Assembly (NCBI GenBank): GCA_036379915.1
Contig: DASVFS010000233.1
Span: forward strand, 1,803-65,802
Direction of reading: 5' to 3'
DNA: 64,000 nucleotides
Origin: Conexibacter sp.
GTDB taxonomy: Bacteria; Actinomycetota; Thermoleophilia; Solirubrobacterales; Solirubrobacteraceae
This document shows, piece by piece, positions 40,248-52,204 of this stretch. The notes under the pieces are model-generated. The model made no database searches, had not been told where the DNA came from, and saw only the letters and a program-made list of their open reading frames with translations. Both the position numbers and the translations under genes were made by a program. Each line of letters opens with the position of its first letter. Position 1 is the stretch's first letter.

Positions 40248-41609
40248 ATGACTGACGTGGTGACGATGGAGAAGATCGTGTCGCTGTGCAAGCGGCGCGG
40301 CTTCATCTTCCCCTCCTCCGAGATCTACGGCGGGGTCGGGTCGACGTACGACTACGGTCACTACGGCGTGCTGCTGAAGACGAACGTCAAGAACGAGTGG
40401 TGGCGCGCGATGTTGCAGGACCGCGACGACGTCGTCGCCCTCGACAGCGCGATCATCCAGAACCCGAAGGTGTGGGAGGCGAGCGGTCACCTCGCCGGCT
40501 TCACCGACCCGCTCGTCGACTGCCGTACGTGCAAGAAGCGCTTCCGCGCCGACCATCTCGACCAGCTCGAGTGCGGGCAGAAGCCCTCCAAGCACCCCGG
40601 CGAGGGGCCCGACTGCGACCTCACCGAGGCGCGTGACTTCAACTTGATGTTCGAGACGACCGTGGGACCGGTGAAGGACGCGGGCGCGACCGTCTACCTG
40701 CGCCCCGAGACGGCGCAGGGCATCTTCATCAACTTCAAGAACGTGCTGCAGTTCAGCCGCAGAAAGCCGCCGTTCGGGATCGCGCAGATCGGCAAGTCGT
40801 TCCGCAACGAGATCACGCCCGGCAACTTCGTCTTCCGCACGCGCGAGTTCGAGCAGATGGAGATGGAGTTCTTCGTGCCGCCGGCCGAGGCCGGCAGATG
40901 GTTCGAGCATTGGCTGGGAGAGCGCGAGCGCTGGTACGTCGAGCTGGGGATCCGCCCGGACCACCTGCGCCTGCGCGCGCACGACGCCGACGAGCTGTCG
41001 CACTACTCCTCGGCCACGAGCGACGTCGAGTACCTGTTCCCGATCGGGTGGAGCGAGCTGGAGGGGATCGCCGACCGCGGCGACTTCGACCTCTCCAGAC
41101 ACGCGGAGCACGCGAGAGAGAAGCTCGAGTACGTCGACACGGCGACGAGAGAGCGCTACGTGCCGCACGTGATCGAGCCGGCCGCCGGCGCCGACCGCGC
41201 GACGCTCGCGTTCCTCGTCGACGCCTACGACGAGGAGCAGGTCGAGGGCGAGACGCGCACGCTGCTGCGGCTGCACCCGCGGCTCGCGCCGGTCAAGGTC
41301 GCGGTCATGCCGCTCGTGCGCAAGGACGGCCAGCCGGAGGTCGCGCGCGAGCTCTACGCCGACCTGCGCCGCCGCATGCAGGCGGAGTACGACGAGGGCG
41401 GCTCGATCGGCAAGCGCTACCGCCGTCAGGACGAGATCGGCACGCCGTGGGGCGTGACCGTCGACCACCAGACGCTCGAGGACCGCACGGTGACGCTCCG
41501 CGACCGCGACACGCTCGAGCAGGTGCGCCTCCCGATCGCCGACGTCGGCGACGAGCTCGAGCGGCGCCTGCGCGCGCCGTGGACGACGCCGAAGCTCGCG
41601 ACGGCCTGA
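40248..41609 (+). CDS. glyQS: Glycine--tRNA ligase (alpha2 type)
   Basis: KRRGF, YLRPETAQG, GKSFRNEITP, REFEQME, VIEPAAG, IGKRYRRQDEIGTP. Confidence 0.98.
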   Translation: MTDVVTMEKIVSLCKRRGFIFPSSEIYGGVGSTYDYGHYGVLLKTNVKNEWWRAMLQDRDDVVALDSAIIQNPKVWEASGHLAGFTDPLVDCRTCKKRFRADHLDQLECGQKPSKHPGEGPDCDLTEARDFNLMFETTVGPVKDAGATVYLRPETAQGIFINFKNVLQFSRRKPPFGIAQIGKSFRNEITPGNFVFRTREFEQMEMEFFVPPAEAGRWFEHWLGERERWYVELGIRPDHLRLRAHDADELSHYSSATSDVEYLFPIGWSELEGIADRGDFDLSRHAEHAREKLEYVDTATRERYVPHVIEPAAGADRATLAFLVDAYDEEQVEGETRTLLRLHPRLAPVKVAVMPLVRKDGQPEVARELYADLRRRMQAEYDEGGSIGKRYRRQDEIGTPWGVTVDHQTLEDRTVTLRDRDTLEQVRLPIADVGDELERRLRAPWTTPKLATA

Positions 41610-41618
41610 GCGACGCGT

Positions 41619-42254
41619 TCAGCGCGCGTCGGCGATCAGCGCGTGCGCGGCCGCGACCGCGGCCTTGAGCATCGGCCGCGGGTCGAGGTCCGGCTCGGTG
41701 AGGAAGCGCAGCGCCAAGCCGTCGGCGAGCGCCAGCAGCACGCCGGCGACCGCGTCCGGGTCGTCGCCGAGCCGCACGACGCCTTCGTCCTGCTTGGCGC
41801 TCAGCGAGGCCGCGAGATCGCCGCGCGCGGCGCGCGCGAGCGTCGCCAGCTCGCCGGCGATCTCCTCGTTGCGCCGCGAGAGCGTGAACAGCTCGTGCAT
41901 CAGCACGACGAAGCCGGGGTCGCGGCCGACGAGGTCCTCCAGGCTGCGCACCATCGCGTCGATGAAGTCGTCGGCGGTGCGCGCGTCGCCGAGCGACGCG
42001 GCGAGCGCGGCCAGGCGGATCTCCGAGTCGCGCCGCACGACCTCGACGAGCAGCCGCTCCTTCGTGCCGAAGTAGTAGTGCAGCAGCCCGCGCGAGACGC
42101 CCGCCTCGCGCGCGACGTGGTCGAACGTCGAGCCGGCGGCGCCGCGCGCGGCGACGCTGTGGCGCATCGCGTCGACGATGCGCTTCGCCTTGTCGCTCTC
42201 GAGCGGGCGGGCGGTCGTCGCGCTGCTGTCGGCGCCGGGCGTGGTGACGGCCAT
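41619..42254 (-). CDS. TetR family transcriptional regulator
   Basis: VAREAGVSRGLLHYYFGTKE. Confidence 0.93.
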   Translation of the reverse strand: MAVTTPGADSSATTARPLESDKAKRIVDAMRHSVAARGAAGSTFDHVAREAGVSRGLLHYYFGTKERLLVEVVRRDSEIRLAALAASLGDARTADDFIDAMVRSLEDLVGRDPGFVVLMHELFTLSRRNEEIAGELATLARAARGDLAASLSAKQDEGVVRLGDDPDAVAGVLLALADGLALRFLTEPDLDPRPMLKAAVAAAHALIADAR

Positions 42255-42325
42255 CGTCCGATCGTAGTCGGTCGGACGGCCGGCCGGCGTCTCCACCGGC
42301 CGGCGAACGCCTGGCTGCGATCTCG

Positions 42326-42772
42326 CTATGCGGCGCCCGTCTGCGGCGGCGTGCTCGGCGCGGTGGAGCCGTAGTCGAACTCCTCCTCCTTGCCGAACAG
42401 CGCGTCGAGGACCTTCGAGCGCAGGTCCTCGCTCACGGCGAGCGCGATCCCGGCGCCGATCGCGAGCACGAGCAGCTTGCGCAGGAAGCCGCCCCTGCGG
42501 TGCTTCCGCTTCGGCCCCTCCTTGAGCGCGCTGCCCGCGTCCTTCAGCGCGTCGGCCGCGATCTTGAGGTCCTTCTGCACCTTCTTGTCGCCGACGGCGT
42601 CCTTCGGGCTCTTGCTGTCGGTGATCCGCTCGTACGCGTCCTTCGCCGCCTCGAACGCGACGCGGAAGTTGTCGCGCAGCTCCTCGTCCTCGGCGAGCCG
42701 CTGGACCCACGGGCTCGTCGTCGCCGCTGCGGCGCTCGCCGCCTTCCTCGCCTGCTTCGTGCGTGCTGCCAT
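42326..42772 (-). CDS. Hypothetical membrane-anchored protein (YtxH-like tail)
   Basis: Helical Lys-rich region, TM LLVLAIGAGIALAV, SKVLDALFGKEEEFDY; AAGGGAG RBS. Confidence 0.75.
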   Translation of the reverse strand: MAARTKQARKAASAAAATTSPWVQRLAEDEELRDNFRVAFEAAKDAYERITDSKSPKDAVGDKKVQKDLKIAADALKDAGSALKEGPKRKHRRGGFLRKLLVLAIGAGIALAVSEDLRSKVLDALFGKEEEFDYGSTAPSTPPQTGAA

Positions 42773-42850
42773 GCGGGGTGCTCCCTTGCGCTCGCTTGCT
42801 CGGATGTGCGGCGAGCATACCCCGCGCCCACCGGAGCGACGCGCGGCGGC

Positions 42851-43093
42851 TCAGCTTCGCCGGCGCTGCTCGTCGTAGAGCGCCAGCAGCTCGCTCGGCA
42901 GCAGCTCCAGGCCGTCCGCGATCTGCAGCAGCGTCGTGAGCCGCACGTCGCGGTTGGCGCGCTCGATCTCGCTGACGTGCTTGGCGGCCAGGCCCGCCGC
43001 CTGCGCGAGCGCCTCCTGGCTCATCTCGCGATCGCGGCGGGCGCGACGGACCGCGCGCCCGAAGTCGACCAGCCTGGCATCGGGCGTCCGCAT
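42851..43093 (-). CDS. XRE family HTH protein
   Basis: FGRAVRRAR...SQEALA..AGL..KHVSEIER. Confidence 0.9.
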   Translation of the reverse strand: MRTPDARLVDFGRAVRRARRDREMSQEALAQAAGLAAKHVSEIERANRDVRLTTLLQIADGLELLPSELLALYDEQRRRS

Positions 43094-43270
43094 CTGGAGT
43101 GGAAGCCTCGACCGCCGATCGGGGTATTTCTACCCATGATGATTGGAGTTTCTCTATTGATCAGTGGACTTTATGGTCAGTTTGTGGGAGTATTGCCGGG
43201 GGACAGGAGGCGTTCCCGGCGGGGGGCCGGGACGCCTCCCGACGCGTGCGGCGACGATCCCGCCCGCGCC

Positions 43271-43510
43271 TCAGCCGCCTTCGAGCTGGCGCTCGTACAG
43301 CGCCATCAGCTCCGTCCCGGTGAGGCCCAGGCCGGCGGCGAGGCGGAGGAACGTGTCGAGCCGCGGATCCTTGTTTCCGCGTTCGAGCTCGCTGACGTGC
43401 TTCGCGCCCAGGCCGGCCCGCAGCGCGAGCGCGTCCTGACTGAGGTCGCGCTCGCGACGCGCACGTCTCAACGTCCTGCCGAAGACACCGTCTGCCCCTT
43501 CGCCTCCCAT
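43271..43510 (-). CDS. XRE family HTH protein (paralog of 42851-43093)
   Basis: FGRTLRRAR...SQDALA..AGL..KHVSELERG.KDP. Confidence 0.9.
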   Translation of the reverse strand: MGGEGADGVFGRTLRRARRERDLSQDALALRAGLGAKHVSELERGNKDPRLDTFLRLAAGLGLTGTELMALYERQLEGG

Positions 43511-43615
43511 CGCGCAGAAATCCTGCGCCACCCCTGAATGGCATTCCACCATCCGTGGAGTGAGATTGGTTGCCGATGGGAGGAGCTTCTCCCTCCATGG
43601 CGCGAACCGCCGCGT

Positions 43616-46024
43616 TCAGGCGGCCGCGCGACGCCGCACGCGGCGCGGCGCGAGCGCCAGCTCCAGCGCCTCGTCGACGCGCGAGACGAAGTGCAGCTCA
43701 ATGCCTCTGCGCAGGTGCGCGGGGATCTCGTCGGCGTCCTGCGCGTTGCGCGCGGGCGCGATCACGTGACGGATGCCGCTGCGCTGCGCCGCGAGCGCCT
43801 TCTCCTTCAGCCCGCCGATCGGCAGCACCTGGCCGGTCAGCGTGAGCTCGCCCGTCATCGCGACGTCCGCGCGCACCGGCCGGCCGCTCAGCAGCGAGAA
43901 CAGCGCCGTCGCCATCGTCACGCCGGCGCTCGGACCGTCCTTCGGCACCGCGCCGGCGGGCACGTGGACGTGGAGGTCGTGTCTGGCGAACCAGTCGTCC
44001 GCGACACCGTCCGGCGCGTGGGAGCGCACGTAGGAGAGCGCCGCCTGCGCCGACTCGCGCATCACCTCCCCCAGCTGGCCGGTGATCGTCAGCTTGCCGG
44101 AGCCCGGCATCGCGGTCGCCTCGACGAACAGCACGTCGCCGCCGGCGGGCGTCCAGGCGAGCCCGGTCGCCACGCCCGGCTCCGACGTGCGCCGGCGCGT
44201 CTCGCCGAAGACTCTGCGCTTGCCGAGCAGCTCGCGCGCCCGCGCGGCGGAGATCGTCACCTTCCGTCTCGCTCTGCCCTCGGCGACCTGGCGCGCGACC
44301 TTGCGGCAGATCGATCCGATCTCGCGCTCCAGCCCGCGCACGCCCGCCTCGCGCGTGTACTCGGCGACGATCGCCTTCAGCGCCGCGTCGGCGAACGCGA
44401 TCTGCCGCTGCGTGAGGCCGTTGCGCTCGATCTGGCGCGGGACGAGGTAGCGGCGTGCGATCTCCAGCTTCTCCTCCTCCGTATAGCCGGCGAGCTGGAT
44501 CGTCTCCATGCGGTCGCGCAACGGGCCCGGGATCGTCTCGAGCGTGTTCGCCGTCGTCACGAACATCACGTCGGAGAGGTCGAACGGCAGGTCGAGGTAG
44601 TGGTCGCGGAAGGTCGCGTTCTGCTCGGGGTCGAGCACCTCGAGCATCGCGCTCGCCGGATCGCCGCGGAAGTCCGAGCCCATCTTGTCGATCTCGTCGA
44701 TCATGAACAGCGGGTTGCGCGTGCCGGCGTCGCGCAGCGCGCGGATCACGACGCCCGGCATCGCGCCGATGTACGTGCGACGGTGGCCGCGGATCTCCGC
44801 CTCGTCGCGCACGCCGCCCACGCTGATGCGCTCGAATCTGCGACCGAGCGCCCGCGCGATCGATCTGCCGAGCGAGGTCTTGCCGACGCCGGGCGGACCG
44901 ACGAGGCAGAGGATCGACGAGCGCGCCGCCACGTCGTCCCGCTCCGCCGTCAGCTTGCGCACGGCGAGGAACTCGAGGATGCGCTCCTTCACCTGCTCGA
45001 TGTCGTAGTGGTCCTGGTCGAGCACTCTGCGCGCGTGTCTGAGGTTGAGGTTGTCGTGCGTGCGCGCGCTCCACGGCAGGGAGGCGATCCACTCCAGGTA
45101 GCCGCGGATCACGCCGTGCTCGGCCGCCGCCGGCGGCAGCCGCTCGAGTCGCGCGAGCTCGCGATCGACCTGCTTGCGGACCTCCTCCGGCAGCTCCAGC
45201 GCGTCGAGCTGCTCGCGCAGCTCGTTCGCCTCCGCCTGCATCTCGTCGCCGTCGCCGAGCTCGTCCTGGATCGCTCTCAGCTGCTGGCGCAGGAAGTACT
45301 CGCGCTGCGTTCTGTCGAGCTCGCTCTGGACCTGCGACTGGATCTTCGAGCCGAGCGCGACGACCTCCAGCTCGCTCGCGAGCAACTCCGACAGGCGCCG
45401 CAGCCGGCGTGCCACGTCGCGCTCCTCCAGCAGCGCCTGCTTGTCCTCCGTCTTGAGCCGCAGCGCGCCGGCGATCAGATGCGAGAGCGCGCCCGGGTCG
45501 TCGAGGTTCGCGACTGCGACGTGCAGCTCCTCGGGCAGGTACGGGACCTGCTCGACGATGTTCGTGAAGGTGGCCTGCACGTTGCGCACGAGCGCGAGCA
45601 GCTCCGGCGTCTCGGTCGTCGAGACGTCGGGCAGCTCCTCGATCTGCGCGACGAGGTAGGGCTCGGTACGCGCGAAGCCGGTCAGGCGGATCCGCTGCGT
45701 CGCCTGCACGAGGATCCGCAGCGTGCCGTCGGGCACCTTGAGCATGCGCGCGACGACGCCCGCGACGCCGACGTCGTAGAGCTGCTCGGGACCGGGCGCC
45801 TCGATCTCCGGATCGCGGCCGGCGACCATCGCGATCATGCGGTCGCCGCCGAGCGCGTCGTTGATCAGCGCCATCGAGCGCTCCTGCCCGACCGCGAGCG
45901 GCACGAGCGTCTCCGGGAACGTGACCGTGTCGCGCAGCGGCAGGACCGGCAGCGTCGCCGGCAGCCCGCGCTGCGTCGGCACCTCGATCTCGCGCGCGCC
46001 GCCCGGTCTGCCGACCTCGATCAT
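43616..46024 (-). CDS. lon: ATP-dependent protease La
   Basis: GPPGVGKTS, DEIDK, PKDGPSAG, AMTGE, IGGLKEK. Confidence 0.99.
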   Translation of the reverse strand: MIEVGRPGGAREIEVPTQRGLPATLPVLPLRDTVTFPETLVPLAVGQERSMALINDALGGDRMIAMVAGRDPEIEAPGPEQLYDVGVAGVVARMLKVPDGTLRILVQATQRIRLTGFARTEPYLVAQIEELPDVSTTETPELLALVRNVQATFTNIVEQVPYLPEELHVAVANLDDPGALSHLIAGALRLKTEDKQALLEERDVARRLRRLSELLASELEVVALGSKIQSQVQSELDRTQREYFLRQQLRAIQDELGDGDEMQAEANELREQLDALELPEEVRKQVDRELARLERLPPAAAEHGVIRGYLEWIASLPWSARTHDNLNLRHARRVLDQDHYDIEQVKERILEFLAVRKLTAERDDVAARSSILCLVGPPGVGKTSLGRSIARALGRRFERISVGGVRDEAEIRGHRRTYIGAMPGVVIRALRDAGTRNPLFMIDEIDKMGSDFRGDPASAMLEVLDPEQNATFRDHYLDLPFDLSDVMFVTTANTLETIPGPLRDRMETIQLAGYTEEEKLEIARRYLVPRQIERNGLTQRQIAFADAALKAIVAEYTREAGVRGLEREIGSICRKVARQVAEGRARRKVTISAARARELLGKRRVFGETRRRTSEPGVATGLAWTPAGGDVLFVEATAMPGSGKLTITGQLGEVMRESAQAALSYVRSHAPDGVADDWFARHDLHVHVPAGAVPKDGPSAGVTMATALFSLLSGRPVRADVAMTGELTLTGQVLPIGGLKEKALAAQRSGIRHVIAPARNAQDADEIPAHLRRGIELHFVSRVDEALELALAPRRVRRRAAA

Positions 46025-46530
46025 CGGCCGGGCGGGATCGCGTCGGCGTCGTCGGCCGGACCGCCGGTCGCGTCCTCGTCGCCGGTCTGGACCTCGATCG
46101 GCACGCTGTGCCGGCGCGTCTCCGGCTGGGCGAGCGGCAGCTCGACGCGCAACAGGCCGTCCTCGTAGACCGCTCTCGCCTCCTCGGCGCGCACGTCGGC
46201 GCCGAGCTGCACGACGCGGCGGAACGGCCCGTGCTCGATCTCGACCTGCTGGTAGACGCGACCCTCGCGCTCGATCGCGCGCCGCTCGCCCGACAGCACG
46301 AGCTCGCGCCCCTGGATCTCCAGGCCGAGCCGGTCGGCGTCGATGCCCGCCAGCTCGGCCGTCACGATCGCGCGCGGCGGGTCGTCGGCGTAGGAGACGT
46401 CGACGGCCGGCGAGAAGCCGGTGCGCTTGCGCGGCGCGATTCCGGAGCGGTGGAAGACGTCCCCGAACAGCTCGTCCATCTCGCGCCGCATGCGCTCGAA
46501 GTTGGCGAACAGATCCCGTTCGGGAGGCAC
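46021..46530 (-). CDS. Hsp20/alpha-crystallin family protein
   Basis: FSPAVDV, AELAG, GPFRR, AVYEDGLL; coupled to lon. Confidence 0.93.
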   Translation of the reverse strand: MPPERDLFANFERMRREMDELFGDVFHRSGIAPRKRTGFSPAVDVSYADDPPRAIVTAELAGIDADRLGLEIQGRELVLSGERRAIEREGRVYQQVEIEHGPFRRVVQLGADVRAEEARAVYEDGLLRVELPLAQPETRRHSVPIEVQTGDEDATGGPADDADAIPPGR

Positions 46531-46561
46531 GGCTGCAATCTACCCGCTCCGCGCGGGCGAC

Positions 46562-47320
46562 TCAGAGCTCGTAGACGGCGCCTTCGCGGGCCAGCTCGAG
46601 GGGTCCGTCGTAGCGGCCGCGGGCCTGCTCGAGCGCGAGCGCGGCGTCGTGGTCGGCGGAGAAGTGCGTCAGCACGAGCCGGCGCGCGCCGGCTCGCCGA
46701 GCGTGCTCGGCCGCCTCGGCCGGGGTCAGGTGTCCGCGGTGGCCCGCGACCTCCGGCTGCTCGAGTGTCGCCTCGAGCATCAGCAGGTCCGTGTCGCGCG
46801 CGAACGAGACGATCTCGTCGTTCGGCCGACAGTCGGCCCCGTAGGTGAAGCTGCCGGCGCCGTCGCGCACCTGCACCGCGTGGGTGCGGATGAAGTGCGG
46901 CACCTCGTGGAAGCGGACGCGCAGCGGGTCGAGCGCGAGCTCGGCGGCCGGGTCGTACTCGTGCAGCTCGAACGACTGCTCGATCAGCTCCTCGGCGTGC
47001 CAGGCGCCGCCGATCCGCCGGAACGCCTCCCGCGCACCGGGCGGGGCGTAGAGCGCGGGACGCGCGCCCGCCGCTCGCGCCTCGTGCGAGTACGCGAGCG
47101 CGTACGCGTACGGCACGAGGTCGAAGAAGTGGTCGGCGTGCAGGTGCGAGATCACGACCGCGCACACGTCGGTGAAGGCGCGGTTCGCGCGCAGCTTCCC
47201 GAACACGCCGTTGCCGCAGTCGAGCAGCAGGCAGCGATCACCGGCCTCGACGAGGTATCCGCTGCACGCGCCGCCCGCGTCCTGCCAGGCCGGCGACTTG
47301 CCGAGCACGGTGATCCTCAC
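46562..47320 (-). CDS. MBL-fold metallo-hydrolase (RNase Z/AtsA-like)
   Basis: ACSGYL, LDCG, SHLHADH, GHLT, LTH. Confidence 0.92.
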   Translation of the reverse strand: MRITVLGKSPAWQDAGGACSGYLVEAGDRCLLLDCGNGVFGKLRANRAFTDVCAVVISHLHADHFFDLVPYAYALAYSHEARAAGARPALYAPPGAREAFRRIGGAWHAEELIEQSFELHEYDPAAELALDPLRVRFHEVPHFIRTHAVQVRDGAGSFTYGADCRPNDEIVSFARDTDLLMLEATLEQPEVAGHRGHLTPAEAAEHARRAGARRLVLTHFSADHDAALALEQARGRYDGPLELAREGAVYEL

Positions 47321-47360
47321 AGCGACGGCACTGTAGCCCGAATCGCCGGAGATGCCGGCG

Positions 47361-47591
47361 TCAGGCGTGGAGCGACGCCTGTTCCTGCGCCGTCGGGAAG
47401 GCCCACACGGACTGCGTGCGGCGCTCTTGGCGGAACTGGAAGCGCAGCTGACGCGGCGGGCGCAGGCCGTCCGGATGCGCCGGGCGGAAGGTCGCGCACG
47501 GTTCGTCGTCCGGCAGTGCGCACAGCAGGTTCTGGCGGAAGAAGCACTGCTCGCAACTCACTCTGCCTGCGCTTCCACGACCCTTCGCCAT
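47361..47591 (-). CDS. Small Cys-rich hypothetical protein (76 aa)
   Basis: CEQCFFRQNLLCALPDDEPCATFRP; GGAGG RBS. Confidence 0.72.
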   Translation of the reverse strand: MAKGRGSAGRVSCEQCFFRQNLLCALPDDEPCATFRPAHPDGLRPPRQLRFQFRQERRTQSVWAFPTAQEQASLHA

Positions 47592-47822
47592 GCTGTCCTC
47601 CGACCTCCTTCGACCGCTCGCCCGTCGCTTGGGAGCGGCCATGAAAGCGAACGCGGCAGAGCGCCTCAACGTCGTTTCCCGCAAATCGCAGGAACTTTTG
47701 AACGACGCGTGAAATGCCTGCAATTCATGGCTTTTCACGGACCGGGAACGGAAAGCACCCGCATTTTGCGGTCCTTTCCTGGCGGCGGCCGCGCGCGGGG
47801 GTGTCGTCATGCTAGGCGCACG

Positions 47823-48758
47823 ATGCGCGTGCTCGTCACCGGTGTCAGCGGCTTCGTCGGCGCACGGCTCGTGCCGCGCCTGCGGCGGGACGGCCACGAC
47901 GTGCGCGGCTTCGCGCGCGACCCGCGCCGGGTCGCGATCGACGTGCCGCTCGTCACCGGCGACGCGGTCACCGGGGCGGGGCTGGACGCCGCGCTCGCGG
48001 GGATCGACGTCGCGTACTTCCTGATCCACTCGATGGAGCCTGTCTCCGACGCGAGCGCGGACGCCGCCGCCGACTTCCGCGACCGCGAGCGGGTCGCCGC
48101 CGAGCGCTTCGCGGCGGCGGCGCGGGCGGCGGGCGTGCAGCGCATCGTGTACCTCGGCGGCCTCGTCCCGCGCGACGCGCCCCCCTCCCCGCACCTCGCG
48201 AGCCGGCTCGCGGTCGAGCAGCTGCTGCTGGACGCGCTCCCCGACTCGACCGCGCTGCGCGCCTCGATCGTGATCGGCGCCGGCTCGCGCTCCTTCCGCT
48301 TCCTCGTGCGGCTGATCGAGCGGATGCCGCTCGTCGCGCTGCCGCCCTGGCGCGACCACCGCACGCAGCCGGTCGACGAGCGCGACGTGATCGAGGCGCT
48401 CGCGCGCGCGGCCGTCGTCCCGGCGGCCGCCGGCCGCTCGCTCGACGTCGCCGGCCCGGACGTCGTCAGCTACGGCGAGCTGATCGAGCGCATCCGCGAC
48501 CTGATGGTGCTGCGCCGTCCGCTGTGGCGGCTCCCTCGCATGCCGGCGCCTGCGGCGGTCGCGAGCCACGTCGCCGCCGCGATCGCCGGCGAGCGGCAGG
48601 AGCTGGTCGGCCCGCTGATGGGCGGCCTGACGAGCGACCTGCTGCCGCGCGACGGCGACGCCGCGCAGCTGCTGGGCGTGCGCCTGCACGCGCTCGACGC
48701 GGCGATCGAGCACGCGCTCGGTGAGTGGGAGCGCAGCGAGCCGCTCGCGGCGCGCTGA
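47823..48758 (+). CDS. NAD(P)H-binding atypical SDR (YbjT-like)
   Basis: VTGVSGFVG, YFLIHSM, YLGGL, HLASR, RASIVIG. Confidence 0.9.
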   Translation: MRVLVTGVSGFVGARLVPRLRRDGHDVRGFARDPRRVAIDVPLVTGDAVTGAGLDAALAGIDVAYFLIHSMEPVSDASADAAADFRDRERVAAERFAAAARAAGVQRIVYLGGLVPRDAPPSPHLASRLAVEQLLLDALPDSTALRASIVIGAGSRSFRFLVRLIERMPLVALPPWRDHRTQPVDERDVIEALARAAVVPAAAGRSLDVAGPDVVSYGELIERIRDLMVLRRPLWRLPRMPAPAAVASHVAAAIAGERQELVGPLMGGLTSDLLPRDGDAAQLLGVRLHALDAAIEHALGEWERSEPLAAR

Positions 48759-48779
48759 AGGCCGGGTAGGGTGCCGGCC

Positions 48780-49226
48780 ATGACACGGGTGCACTGTGCG
48801 ATCGCGATCGCCGCTCCGCCGACCCGCGTGTGGGAGGTGGTGATGGACCCGCATCGCCTCGCCGATTGGGTGACGATCCACCGGCGGGTGGGTGAGGTGC
48901 CGGCCAAGCTCAGACGCGGCTCGACGTTCGAGCAGACGCTGAATCTGCGCGGCGCCCCGCTCCACGTGGCGTGGACGGTGGCGGCCGTCGACCCTCCGCG
49001 CCGCGCCGAGTGGGAGGGACAGGGGCCCGCTCATTCACGCGCCTCGATCGTCTACGAGCTGCGCGGCGACGGTGAGAACGGAACGATCTTCGACTACACC
49101 AACGAATTCAGACCTCCAGGTGGTGCCCTCGGAGCCGTCGCCGGACGGGTGCTCGTCGGCGGACTGTCGCAACGTGAGGCGCAACGCTCGCTTCAGCGTT
49201 TGAAAGCACTGATCGAGTCCGAGTAA
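48780..49226 (+). CDS. SRPBCC (polyketide cyclase/dehydrase) family protein
   Basis: IAAPPTRVWEVV.D...W; C-terminal SLQRLKALIE. Confidence 0.88.
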   Translation: MTRVHCAIAIAAPPTRVWEVVMDPHRLADWVTIHRRVGEVPAKLRRGSTFEQTLNLRGAPLHVAWTVAAVDPPRRAEWEGQGPAHSRASIVYELRGDGENGTIFDYTNEFRPPGGALGAVAGRVLVGGLSQREAQRSLQRLKALIESE

Positions 49227-49455
49227 GTTCTCGCCGTCACGCCTTGCGGCGCCGCGATGCTCCGCTAGGATGCGAAACGGGTCGGAGCGCTGAGCTGGCA
49301 GCGCACAGATCCGAACGAGCAATGAACGGCGATTCGCAGCGCGACATTCATACGCTGAACGTTCATACTTTCGTCAAGGGCGCTACCGAACGTCTTGACC
49401 GCGCAATAGGCTGTCGATGATTAGCAGAGAGAACCACAGGGGACCGGAGGCACAC

Positions 49456-49842
49456 GTGGCGGACTTTCTTGACGCGAAAGTACGGGAGATCGAGGAGCGA
49501 CTGCAGGAGCTGCGGCCGTTGATCGAGGAGTTCCACCGGCTCGAGGCGGCGTCGGCCGCGCTCGAGGGGGTGAGCGACGCCGGCTCCGTATCGGCCTCGA
49601 CCCGTCGCCGCCGCATTGCGAACGCCAACGGCTCCAGTCGCCGCGGCCGTCCGCGCGGCGGGCGCGGCGACAACACGCGCGCGGCGCAGACGGTCGACCT
49701 GGTGCGCGCACAACCGGGCATCACGATCCCGGAGCTCGCCGGCCACATGGGGATCAAGCCCAACTACCTCTACCGCGTCCTGCCGCAGCTGGCGGACGAG
49801 GGCAAGGTCCGCCGCGAGGGCAAGGGCTGGCACCCCGCGTAG
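49456..49842 (+). CDS. Coiled-coil + AT-hook-like + winged-helix DNA-binding protein
   Basis: IEERLQELRPLIEEFHRLE; RRGRPRG; QPGITIPELAGHMGIKPNYLYRVL..L..EG; GGAGG-N5-GTG. Confidence 0.8.
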   Translation: MADFLDAKVREIEERLQELRPLIEEFHRLEAASAALEGVSDAGSVSASTRRRRIANANGSSRRGRPRGGRGDNTRAAQTVDLVRAQPGITIPELAGHMGIKPNYLYRVLPQLADEGKVRREGKGWHPA

Positions 49843-49876
49843 CGGGGGCCCGCCCGCCCTCGTCGGCGGCGGCGCG

Positions 49877-52164
<2,288 letters not shown>

Positions 52165-52204
52165 ACCTGCGTTTGCGTCGCGGCGGCCGTGCTTCACTGT
52201 GGGC

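Noticed and set aside
43165-43182. C-box-like GACTTTATGGTC upstream of an XRE gene
   Set aside because: Spacing and symmetry deviate from GACT-N3-AGTC, there is a single copy, and no R-M genes are adjacent.
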